Source: Candidatus Eiseniibacteriota bacterium (lineage in GTDB: Bacteria; Eisenbacteria; RBG-16-71-46). From it: DNA of 64,000 nt. The stretch lies in contig JBBRLX010000013.1 in NCBI GenBank assembly GCA_038231135.1, positions 1 to 64,000 of the forward strand, written 5' to 3'. Shown here in pieces: positions 29,401 through 39,082 of the stretch. Every line of letters begins with the position of its first letter. Position 1 is the stretch's first letter. A model generated the notes under the pieces. That model had not been told where the DNA came from. It did not search any database and was given only the letters and a program-made list of their open reading frames with translations. Made by a program: the position numbers and the translations under genes.

Positions 29401-31936
29401 GCTCACGGCGCCGTCCGAGCCCGGCACGGCGACGGTGCGCGCCACGGCCGGCGGCATTCACGGCGACGCGCCGCTCGAGTTCGTACCGGAGCTGCGGCCG
29501 CTGCTCGCGGTCGGCAGCGTGGAGGGCATGCTGGCGTGGAATCGTGCGCGGGGATTCGCGACCCGCGACCTCGCGCGCACGGGGTTCGAGCAGGCGTTCA
29601 CGAGTCTCGTCGCCGGGTCCGACGACGGCGGTCTCGGCGGCGGCGCGCGCGCAGCGCTGTTCCTCAAGGGACGGCTGAGCCGCGACGTGCTCGTCACGCT
29701 CGGCTACGATTCCGACCGGCCGGCGAATCTGCGCCGCCTGCGCGACATCCAGCCCGACGCGTTCTATCCCGTCTATGGCGACGCCTCGGTGCGCGGCTAC
29801 GAGGCGCAGTCGACGGGCCGGCTGTATGCGCGCCTCGATCGCCGCGGCGCGGCACTCGCCTACGGCGACTTCGTCGCGCAGGGCGCGAGCGGCGCGCAGA
29901 GCCTCACCCAGTACAGCCGCAGCCTCACCGGCGTCCAGCAGCACTGGGAGAGCTCGCGGCTGCGCGTCGACACGTTCGCCAGCCGGGCCCTGGCGGGCGA
30001 GCGCGTGGAGGAGTTCCCCGGCCGTGGCATCTCGGGACCCTACACGCTCGCGCGCGCGCCGATCGTCGAGAACAGCGAGCGCGTCGAGATCGTGGTGCGG
30101 GACCGCAACCAGCCGTCGGTGATCGTGACCGCCACCGCGCGCGAACGCTTCGCCGACTACGAGATCGAGCCGCTCACCGGCCGGATTCTGTTCAAGGAGC
30201 CGGTGCCGGCGTTCGACGCCGCGCTCGACCCGGTGTCGATCCGCGTGAGCTATTCCGTGGAAGGCGGCGGGGATCCGGTGTGGGTGTCGGGCATGGAGAC
30301 GCGGCTCAAGCTTGGCGGCGCGAGCGAGGTCGGCGCCACGCTCGTCGACGACCGCGACCCGCTCCATCCCTACCGGCTCGGCGGCGTATTCTTCGGCCAT
30401 CGCCTGGATGCGCGCTCGACGTTCGAGGCGGAGCTCGCCCACTCGGCGAACTCGGGCGCCGGTGGCAGCGCGGCGCGGTTCGAGCTGCGCCGCGACGGCG
30501 CCGATGGCGATGGCCGGCTGTTCGGATCGATCACCGACGGCGGCTTCGTCAATCCCCACGCCGGCTTCAGCCCCGGTCACGGCGAGGCCGGCCTGCGCTG
30601 GAACAAGCGGCTCGACGCGCGCACGCGCCTGCTCGCGGACGGCGTGTTCAGCTCCGACGCCGCGGCCGCCACGCGGCACGGCGGATTGCTGCTCGGCCTC
30701 GACCGCTCGTTCGGCGGCTCGGTGCACGGCGAGTTCGGCGCCCGCATCGCGGGCGAGCACGCCCGCCCCGGCCCCACCGATCCCACGAGCCTGTCGCTGC
30801 GATCCAAGCTGCTCGCCCAGCTGCCGTGGCATCCGGAGCTGAGCGCCTACGGCGAATACGAGCGCGACGTGCTCGGCACCGGGCGCGAGCTCGCAGCACT
30901 CGGCGCGGAGTACCGGTTGCGCGCGCACGGGCGCCTGTATGTGCGCCACGAGCTGGCGTCCACGCTGGGCAGCGCATTCGAGCTGTCGACGTCGCAACGC
31001 CGGCTGGCATCCGTGGCCGGGTTCGACGCGGACCTCGGTCCCTCGACGCACGTGTTCAGCGAATACCGGATCGCCGACGCGCTGCCCGCCCGCGAGGCCG
31101 AGGCGGCTCTCGGGCTGCGCAACACCTGGCAGCTCGATGGCGGGCTGCGCGTCACCGGCGCGTTCGAGCGCGTGCACCCGCTGCAGGGCGGCGACGGCAC
31201 GGGCCCGAGCACGGCGGTGAGCGGCGGCATCGAATCCACCGACGCGGACGACGTCAAGGCGTCGGCGCGCATGGAGCTGCGCACCTCGCGCGCCAGCGAC
31301 AACTGGCTGTCGAGCACCGCGGTCGCGGTGCGGCTCGACAGCTCGTGGTCCGCGCTTGGCCGCAATCTGGCCACGATCACCGACGAACGCGCCGCCGGCG
31401 TCACCACGCGCGAGCGCATGCAGCTCGGCCTGGCGTTCCGGCCCTCGGACGACGCGGCGTTCGACGCGCTCGGTCGCTACGAGCTGCACCTGGATCGCGA
31501 GCACCCCACGCCCGTCACCCGCAGCCGCCGCACGGCCCACGTACTGTCGGCCAATGTCACCGGGCAAATGTTCGACGTGGTGGACGTGTCGTTCGCGTAC
31601 GCGGCCAAGCGCGTGTTCGACCGGTCCGATGCCATCGGCTCGAGCGGGTCCGCGCAATGGGTGCACGGCCACTGGTCGCGCGAGTTCGGCGCGACCTGGG
31701 ATGCGGGACTCAACACCAGCGCGCTGTTCGCGGACGGCGGACGGCGCGACGGCCTCGGCGTCGAGCTGGGCCGCAGCCTCGCAAACGGCCTGTGGCTGTC
31801 GGCCGGCTGGAACCGGTTCGGGTATTCCGACCCCGATCTGCCCGACGAGACCTACACGCGCGCCGGCTTCTACATGCGCATGCGCGCCCGGCTCGCGCCG
31901 TCGCTGTTCGACCGGCTCACGCGGGGGACGCCGTGA
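26460..31936 (+). CDS. Large secreted DUF11/SdrD-B/Ig protein with C-terminal OM beta-barrel; split by a 1-nt frameshift at ~29251
   Basis: ORFs ending at 29303 and 31936 join as ...DAVVRVRTLDAHG... if one G is restored (~1825 aa). The last ~800 aa show amphipathic beta-strand patterning. Confidence 0.8.
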
Positions 31937-34900
31937 TGCGGCGGCTCGTTGCGGGGCTCCGCGTGGCCGCCACCGCCGCGGTGATCGCGGCGACGCTGTT
32001 CGCCGCGGGCACGGCCCGGGCGCAGATCGTGCGCTCGTTCACGCCGCGGTTCTCGACCAACGACCACGGCGACGTGACGCTGATCGGCAACACGCTGATG
32101 AGCTGCAGCGGCAACGGCAATGCCTGCAAACAGGGCCGTCTCGGCGCCGGCGGCAGCATCAACGACGACGACTTCGCGATGGCGTACGTCGACATCGACG
32201 CCGACGGCACCACGTTCTGCTCCAGCAACGCCACGTTGGCGCTGCCGGTGGGCGCCACGGTGCTGTGGGCGGGTCTCTACTGGCAGGGCGATTCCAACAA
32301 TGGCGCGCGCAACCAGGTGAAGTTCTCGACGCCGGTGGCGGCCTACACCGCGATGACCGCGACGCAGCTCGACGTGACCGGCACCGCGTATCAGGGGTTT
32401 ATCGACGTCACCGCGCGCGTGCAGGCGGGCGGCAACGGCGCCTATACGGTGGCGAACGTACAATCGACGACGGGCGCGACCTATTTCGCGGGCTGGGCGC
32501 TGGCCGTGGCCTACCGGCTCGCCAGCAATCCCTCGCGCAACCTGGTGGTCGAGGACGGTTACGCCCAGGTCGCGGCCGGCGCCACGGTGACGATCCCCGT
32601 GAGTGGGTTCCTGACGCCACCCGGCGGCATCGTGAACACGCGGCTCGGCGTGGTGACGGGCGAGGGCGACCTCGGCCTCACGGGAGACGCGTTCCAGATC
32701 AACGGCACGACGTTGTCCGACGCCGCGAATCCGGCGGACAACTTCTTCAACAGCTCGATCAGCCAGTTCGGCGTCAACGTCACCACCAAAAACCCCAACT
32801 ACGTGAACCAGCTCGGCTGGGACGTCGACATGGTGTCGGCGAACGGCGTGCTGCCGAACGGCGCGACGAGCGCCACGATCACGCTGACGTCCGCCAGCGA
32901 CCGCTACTACCCGTCGGTCGTGACGTTCGCGACCGATCTCTACCAGCCGGTGTACACCGGCAACGGGTTCTTCAAGTCGGTGGCCGATCTCAACGGAGGA
33001 TCGGTGCGGCCCGGCGACGTGCTGGAGTACACCGTTCGCATGAACAACTCCGGCGACGATGCCTCGACGAACACCGTCGTGCGCGACACGCTGCCCGCCA
33101 ACGTCACCTACGTCGCGGGCTCGCTGTCGGTGGTGAACGGCCCGAACACCGGCGCCAAGACCGACGCAATCGGCGACGACGTGATGGAGTACGACCCGGC
33201 CACGCGCATCGTCACCGCGCGACTCGGCACTGGCGCCACGGGCACGCTGGGCGGCCGCGTCGACCCGGACGTGCAGACCACCGTGAAGTTCCGCGCGGCG
33301 GTGAACCTGCCACTCGCGAACGGCAGCGTGGTGTCGAACCAGGCGCTCGCGAATTTCAACGCCGCCCAGCTCGGCACCGCGCTCAGCGCCGCGAGTGATG
33401 CGGACACGCTAACCGCGGGCAACCAGCGCACGAATGTGACGGTGGTGGCCCAGACGCTGAGCGGCACCGTGTTCGAGGACGTGAACTACGGCGGCGGCGC
33501 CGGGCGCACCAAGGCGGCGTCCGCCGGCGTGGCGCGGCCGGGCGCGCGCGTCGAGTTGTACGGTGCTGCCGGCCAATACCTCGCGGCCGACACCACCGAC
33601 GTCAATGGCCTGTACTCGTTCGACGGCATCGGCCCCGGCAGCCTCACCGTGCGGGTCGTGAGCTCCATGGTGACGTCGTCGCGGCCCGGCGCCGTCGCCG
33701 GACTGCTGCCGGTGCAGACGTTCCGCGTGGACGCCTCCAGCGGCGCCGCGGTGAACGACGCGGTCCGTGTCGGCGGCGAGGTGCCGTCCAAGGTCGACGC
33801 CGGCATGAACACGACGAACGCGACGCTGGCGTCGCTCACGACGGCCGGCGCGACCGCTCAGTCGATCGCGCCGGTCACCACGGGCACCGTCAACTTCACG
33901 GGCGTGGACTTCGGGTTCAACTTCGATGTCATCGTGAACGCCAACGACTCGGGCCAGGGCAGCCTGCGGCAGTTCCTGACCAACGCGAACGCGCTCCAGA
34001 ACACCGGCCTCGCGCAGTCCGGGCTCACCGGCGGCATCGAGACGTCGATCTTCATGGTCAGCGACGGCGCCGCCCACGCGGGATTGCGGACCGGGCTCGC
34101 GAGCCTGCTCACCGGCGGCGTTGTCGCGATCGCCCCCATCACGACGCTGCCCGCGATCACCGACCCGGCGCGGCTCGACGGCACCACGCAGACCACGAAC
34201 GTCGGCAACACCAACGCGGGCACGCTGAATTCCACGATCGCGGTGGGCGCCGACGGCCTCACGGTGACCGCACTCGCGCGGCCGGAGGTTGAGATCAAGG
34301 ACGGCGCCAGCCTGGCGCTCGGCGTCGACGTGCAGGCGTCGGGCGTCACGCTCACCGGGCTCGCGATCTATGGCTTCGGCAACACACCGGCGAACGACGC
34401 CCACGCCAACGTGCGCATCGGTGCGACCGCGGGCACGGCGGTGATCGACGGGTGCGCGATCGGCGTGAGCGCCTCGAGCTTCGCCGACCCCGGCGCCGCG
34501 GCGCGCAGCGGTGGCGACGCGGTGCGTGTGATCGGCGGCGACGACGGCATCCTGCGCAACAGCATCGTGGCCTACGCGGCGGGCAACGGCGTCGCGCTGG
34601 CGACGAACTCCGATCGCTGGACTCTCACCGGCAACGAGATCCGCGGCAACGCCATCGGCAATGCGTCGCGCGACGCGGTGTCGCTCGAGGCGAGCGCGAG
34701 CGACGTGGTGCGCGGCAACCGCATCGCGGACACCGAGGGCTGCGGCATCGACGCTCGCACCAGCACCGGGTCCGGCACGTTCGAGAACAACACGATCTCG
34801 CGCAGCGGCCTCGGCGCCGCCGGCACGCCCGAGACGCCCGGGGTGCGGCTCGGGGGTACGGCGAACCGCGTCGACCGCAACGTGCTGTTCGACAACTACG

Positions 34901-36876
34901 GCGCGGGCGTGCTGGTGATGTCGAGCTCCTCGGCGAACACCATCACCAAGAACTCGATGTACAACAACGGCGGCATCACGAACAACGCCGCCGCCGCCGC
35001 GACCGGACAGCTCGGCATCGATCTCGAGTCGGCCACGGACGACGTGAACCGCGGCACCGCGCCCTATGTGACGCTGGACGATCTCGCCGACGCGGACGCG
35101 GGCGGCAACGGGCTCTTGAACTTCCCGGTGCTCGAGAGCGCCGTGCTCGCGGGCGGCAACCTGACGCTCACCGGCTGGGCGCGACCCGGGTCCGTGATCG
35201 AATTGTTCGTGTCGGATTCCGATCCGTCCGGATTCGGCGAGGGCAAGACCTGGCTGACGACACTCACCGAAGGCTCGGTGTCGGACCTCGACGCGTCGTC
35301 GAGCACGTTCTCCGGCACGATCAACGGACTCGTCCAGGGCACCGACAACACGAACCGGTTCCGGTTCACGTTTGCGGCCCCGGGGGGCGTCGCGGGCGGC
35401 GTGCGGCTCACGGCGACCGCCACGCTGTCGCAGGCGACATCCGAGTTCTCGGGACAGGTCACCGTCGCGGGCGGCGTGAGTGTGGCGGGCTATGGCTATC
35501 TGGATGTGAATCACAGTCTCAATCGCGACGCGGCGGAGGCCGGCACCGGCGCCACGCTCTACGCGAAGCTCGTCGCGTCCTCGACCCCGGGCAGCGCCCA
35601 GGCGGTCGTGGCGATCGACGCCGTGACCGGCGCGTATGCGTTCTCCTACGTGACCGCCGGTACCTACACGATCGTGCTCGACGACAACAACGCCGCGAGC
35701 GACGTCGCTCCCGCCTATCCCGTGGGCATGATCGGCACCGAGGTTTCGAACGGGGCGCGCCCGCTCACGGTCGCCAACGCGAACCTGGCGGACCAGGACT
35801 TCGGCATGTGGCGCGGCAGCCGGGCCGACGGCATCGTGTTCCGCGACGACGGCGCGGGCGGCGGCACCGCCAACGACGGCGTGAACCAGGCCGGCGAGGG
35901 CGCCGTGGGCGGCGTGCGCGTCGCGCTCGCGAACGCGGCGTGCGCAGGCGGCCGCTGCGACAGCACGCTCACCGACGGCGCGGGTGCCTTCACGCTGTGG
36001 ATCCCGAACGGCGCCGTGGGCACCAGCACGCAGGCGCTCGAGACGAATCCCTCGGGCTGGGTGTCCACCGGCGGCGGCGCCGGGACGACCGGTGGCGCCT
36101 ACTCGCGCAACTCCGACATGGTCACGTTCACCCCGGCAGGCGGCGTGGCGTATTCCGGGCTCCGGTTCGGGGACGTCCCGCCCAACACGTTCGCGCCGAA
36201 CGGCAACCGCAGCGGCACACCGGGCGCCGCGGTGTTCCACCCGCATACCTTCATCGCCGGCAGCGGCGGCAGCGTGAGCTTCACGGCCGTCGAATCGCCG
36301 TCGCCCGCGATTCCCGGCTGGACGGCGGAGCTGTACCGCGACCTGAACTGCAACGGCAGCGTGGATGCCGGCGACAACCCCGTGACGGCACCCGTGGTCG
36401 TGACCGCGGGTCAGACGCTATGCCTCGTGCTCAAGCACTTCATCCCCGGCGGCGCGCCCGCCGGCGCCAGCGAGCAGGTGACACTCGGCGCCAGCATGAG
36501 CTACACGAACGCGTCCCCCGCGCTCGTCACGGTCGTGTCGCTGGGCGACCGCACGACGGTGATCTCCGCCGGCAGTCTCGAGATCGTGAAGACCGTGGAC
36601 CTCGCGAGTGCCAGGCCTGGCGACGTGCTCACCTACACGATCACCTACCGCAACCTGGGGCCCGCGCCGCTATCGGCGATCCTGCTGCAGGACGCCACTC
36701 CCGCCTACACCGTGTTCCAGAGCGCGAGCTGCGGCGCCGCCGGCAACGGCATCACCGCCTGCAACGTGACCGCGCAACCGGCGGTGAACGCGTCCGGCCC
36801 GGTGCGCTGGACGCTGACCGGCGCACTCACGCCCGGGGGAGCGGGGGCGGTGACGTTCCAGGTGAAGGTGCAGTAG
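31936..36876 (+). CDS. Large secreted adhesin (head domain, DUF11, SdrD-B-like, parallel beta-helix, truncated C-terminal DUF11)
   Basis: TGATG overlap; signal peptide ending ARA; SGTVFEDVN and GIVFRDDG SdrD-B-like starts; GNxI/NxI beta-helix rungs; 1646 aa. Confidence 0.85.
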   Translation: MRRLVAGLRVAATAAVIAATLFAAGTARAQIVRSFTPRFSTNDHGDVTLIGNTLMSCSGNGNACKQGRLGAGGSINDDDFAMAYVDIDADGTTFCSSNATLALPVGATVLWAGLYWQGDSNNGARNQVKFSTPVAAYTAMTATQLDVTGTAYQGFIDVTARVQAGGNGAYTVANVQSTTGATYFAGWALAVAYRLASNPSRNLVVEDGYAQVAAGATVTIPVSGFLTPPGGIVNTRLGVVTGEGDLGLTGDAFQINGTTLSDAANPADNFFNSSISQFGVNVTTKNPNYVNQLGWDVDMVSANGVLPNGATSATITLTSASDRYYPSVVTFATDLYQPVYTGNGFFKSVADLNGGSVRPGDVLEYTVRMNNSGDDASTNTVVRDTLPANVTYVAGSLSVVNGPNTGAKTDAIGDDVMEYDPATRIVTARLGTGATGTLGGRVDPDVQTTVKFRAAVNLPLANGSVVSNQALANFNAAQLGTALSAASDADTLTAGNQRTNVTVVAQTLSGTVFEDVNYGGGAGRTKAASAGVARPGARVELYGAAGQYLAADTTDVNGLYSFDGIGPGSLTVRVVSSMVTSSRPGAVAGLLPVQTFRVDASSGAAVNDAVRVGGEVPSKVDAGMNTTNATLASLTTAGATAQSIAPVTTGTVNFTGVDFGFNFDVIVNANDSGQGSLRQFLTNANALQNTGLAQSGLTGGIETSIFMVSDGAAHAGLRTGLASLLTGGVVAIAPITTLPAITDPARLDGTTQTTNVGNTNAGTLNSTIAVGADGLTVTALARPEVEIKDGASLALGVDVQASGVTLTGLAIYGFGNTPANDAHANVRIGATAGTAVIDGCAIGVSASSFADPGAAARSGGDAVRVIGGDDGILRNSIVAYAAGNGVALATNSDRWTLTGNEIRGNAIGNASRDAVSLEASASDVVRGNRIADTEGCGIDARTSTGSGTFENNTISRSGLGAAGTPETPGVRLGGTANRVDRNVLFDNYGAGVLVMSSSSANTITKNSMYNNGGITNNAAAAATGQLGIDLESATDDVNRGTAPYVTLDDLADADAGGNGLLNFPVLESAVLAGGNLTLTGWARPGSVIELFVSDSDPSGFGEGKTWLTTLTEGSVSDLDASSSTFSGTINGLVQGTDNTNRFRFTFAAPGGVAGGVRLTATATLSQATSEFSGQVTVAGGVSVAGYGYLDVNHSLNRDAAEAGTGATLYAKLVASSTPGSAQAVVAIDAVTGAYAFSYVTAGTYTIVLDDNNAASDVAPAYPVGMIGTEVSNGARPLTVANANLADQDFGMWRGSRADGIVFRDDGAGGGTANDGVNQAGEGAVGGVRVALANAACAGGRCDSTLTDGAGAFTLWIPNGAVGTSTQALETNPSGWVSTGGGAGTTGGAYSRNSDMVTFTPAGGVAYSGLRFGDVPPNTFAPNGNRSGTPGAAVFHPHTFIAGSGGSVSFTAVESPSPAIPGWTAELYRDLNCNGSVDAGDNPVTAPVVVTAGQTLCLVLKHFIPGGAPAGASEQVTLGASMSYTNASPALVTVVSLGDRTTVISAGSLEIVKTVDLASARPGDVLTYTITYRNLGPAPLSAILLQDATPAYTVFQSASCGAAGNGITACNVTAQPAVNASGPVRWTLTGALTPGGAGAVTFQVKVQ

Positions 36877-36928
36877 GGGCGAGTGGCAGAGGTCCGCGGA
36901 CGACCCGTCGGGCGTTGCGGCGAATTCT

Positions 36929-37087
36929 CTAGCAGGCTGCTGAAAAAGGCGGTACCGATCGTGCCGGAATGCAGATCTGGCGTCCTGGCCGCGGACGGGT
37001 GCACGAATTTGCTGAGGTTTTCAAGTTCTTCTCGTCGGGCCATCAACGCGAAATGAGGTCCGGAAAGGTTTTTCAGCAGCCTGCTAG
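36929..37087. mobile_element. MITE (IS5/IS1182-like ends, no transposase)
   Basis: CTAG-CAGGCTGCTGAAAAA (36929-36947) and its perfect inverse TTTTTCAGCAGCCTG-CTAG (37069-37087). Confidence 0.75.
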
Positions 37088-38706
37088 CGTTCCCTGCGCA
37101 CCAATACCAATGTCATGTCGTCGGTGCGCGGCTGATCTTCGAGGAATGCAGTCACCTGCCCCACCACCGCCACGGCCGCGCGCTCGAGCTCCGGCTCGCG
37201 GGCGTTGTCCGCCAGCGCCTTGGCGAGCCGGGCGTCGTCGAAGAACGCGTCGCCGTTCTGCGCTTCGGGCAGGCCATCCGTGAACACCGCCAGCAGCGCC
37301 CCCGGCTCGAGCGTCACCTCGCCCGCCACGAACGGGAAGTCGGCCAGCACTCCGACCGGCACCGCGGTCGCCTCGAGCAGCGCGGGTGCGCCGTCCCCGA
37401 ACACCATCGGCGAATTGTGCCCCGCGTTCACATAGCGGAGCCGGCCGGTCGCGGGATCGAGACTGGCGATGAACATGGTGACGAAATGCCCGGCATCGGT
37501 GCTGCGATAGACGACGGCATTGAGCCGCGTCGTGAGATCCGCGGGGTCGGGGCAGATGTCGTACAGCACCCGTGCCGAGGACAGCACCGAGGACATCAGC
37601 AGCGCGGCGCCCATGCCCTTGCCGGACACGTCGCCGACCAGGAACACCAGCGTGCCGTCCGCGCGCACGTGGAAATCGTACAGATCGCCGCCCACCTCGA
37701 AGCAGGTCTCGAGCTGGGCGTGGCAGCCCCAGCCCGGCACCACCGGGGGCTTCGTCAGCAGCGTGCGCTGGATGCGCGTGGCCGTCGCCAGTTCCTGCGC
37801 CATGCGCAGCCGGGCCTGCTCGGCTTCGAGCAGCCGCGCGTTCGTGATCTTCACGGCGGCCATGTTGCCGAGCAGCGTGAACACCTCGAGCTGTTCCTCG
37901 TCGTAGGACACGGTGAGCGCGTTGCTGTCGACGTACAGCAGCCCGAGCACCCGCTCGTTGTCGAACAACGGCACCGCCATCGCCGAATGAATGCCCTGCG
38001 ACACGATGCTCATCTGCGCCTGGAACCGCGGATCCATCGTGGCGTCCCGGGTGATCACGGACGTGCACTCGTTCAGGACCGTGTCCATGATCGTGCGGGA
38101 CAGCACCAGCGGCTCCCGCGCGCCCACCCCGCGAGTGCGGGCGGCGATCTGCACCGGCTCGGCACCGGGATCCTCGCGCAGCAGCATGATGAGCCGGGTC
38201 GCCGGCACCGCCTGTTCGACCAGCCGCAGCAGTTCCTCGCAGGTCTCCCGCAGCGGCCGCGGCAGCACCAGTACCCGGCCGGCCTCGGTGAGCACGCGCA
38301 CCAGCCGTGCGATGTCGGGGCGCGCGCTGCGCGCCTCGGCGCGCTCGAGGATCTGCTGCGCCCGGATCTTGACCGACGACCCCAGGCCCACGGATTCGCT
38401 GAACTGGGTCTTTGGCTCGCCCGCATCCGAGCCCATGCGCACGAGCACGTGGCCGAACTCGATGGTGTCGCCCACCGCGAGCGGGTGCACATCGCGCACG
38501 TCGACGCCGTTCACGCGCGTGCCATTGCGGCTGCCCAGGTCGCGAACCGCCCAGCCGCTGCCCTGGCGCACGACTTCGGCGTGCTCCTTGGACACGGTGG
38601 CGTCCGGCAGGTGGACGGTATTCTTCGACGACCGGCCCACGGTGAGCGTTCCCTCGAGCGGCCAGCTGCGGCGCTCGCCGTTGAGGACCGCCGTGAGTTC
38701 GGTCAT
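37084..38706 (-). CDS. FHA-GAF-PP2C (SpoIIE/RsbU-like) phosphatase
   Basis: FHA (VGRS, VSKEHA, DLGSRNGT), GAF (SAMAVPL..LGLLYVD), PP2C (GGDLYD, DVSGKG, NAGH, TDG, DDMT). Confidence 0.93.
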   Translation of the reverse strand: MTELTAVLNGERRSWPLEGTLTVGRSSKNTVHLPDATVSKEHAEVVRQGSGWAVRDLGSRNGTRVNGVDVRDVHPLAVGDTIEFGHVLVRMGSDAGEPKTQFSESVGLGSSVKIRAQQILERAEARSARPDIARLVRVLTEAGRVLVLPRPLRETCEELLRLVEQAVPATRLIMLLREDPGAEPVQIAARTRGVGAREPLVLSRTIMDTVLNECTSVITRDATMDPRFQAQMSIVSQGIHSAMAVPLFDNERVLGLLYVDSNALTVSYDEEQLEVFTLLGNMAAVKITNARLLEAEQARLRMAQELATATRIQRTLLTKPPVVPGWGCHAQLETCFEVGGDLYDFHVRADGTLVFLVGDVSGKGMGAALLMSSVLSSARVLYDICPDPADLTTRLNAVVYRSTDAGHFVTMFIASLDPATGRLRYVNAGHNSPMVFGDGAPALLEATAVPVGVLADFPFVAGEVTLEPGALLAVFTDGLPEAQNGDAFFDDARLAKALADNAREPELERAAVAVVGQVTAFLEDQPRTDDMTLVLVRRER

Positions 38707-39082
38707 CGCTGGTTCCGGAGCCCGCCGGCGGCTGCGCGCCAGCCGGGCGCGAGCATGGGCACGTCATGGATGGGTGTGGAACTCCGTCGGCTGTGGCGCA
38801 TATCCGTCGGAATCTACCCGACTTAGGGCGTCCCGCGTCAATTCTCCGCCAAGTGCTTCGGAAAGCACTGGTCGCGCGGCGGCCTGACGGGTTAGCTTGT
38901 GCCCACGACCCGCAGCGAGACCGGTTCAGATCGCATTCAGGGACATCCCCTGGTTCGGGGTATGGTACCGGGCGCTTACGGGTAGCCGGATGACCCCCTC
39001 GTCACTGCCGTGAATCGTTCGAAGACTTCGAACGGCACGACATCGTCACCGGTCGAACGAGTGGGCGAAACGGGGAGCATCC

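Noticed and set aside
29125..31935. N-terminal 937 codons of the 2583-aa ORF
   Set aside because: Off-frame shadow of the barrel gene; the real start is ATG 31936 with a signal peptide.
23731..36246. Long antisense and alternate-frame ORFs (e.g. 23731-26565, 28976-31672, 33409-36246)
   Set aside because: Arg/Ala/Gly-rich shadows of high-GC3 genes with no motifs.
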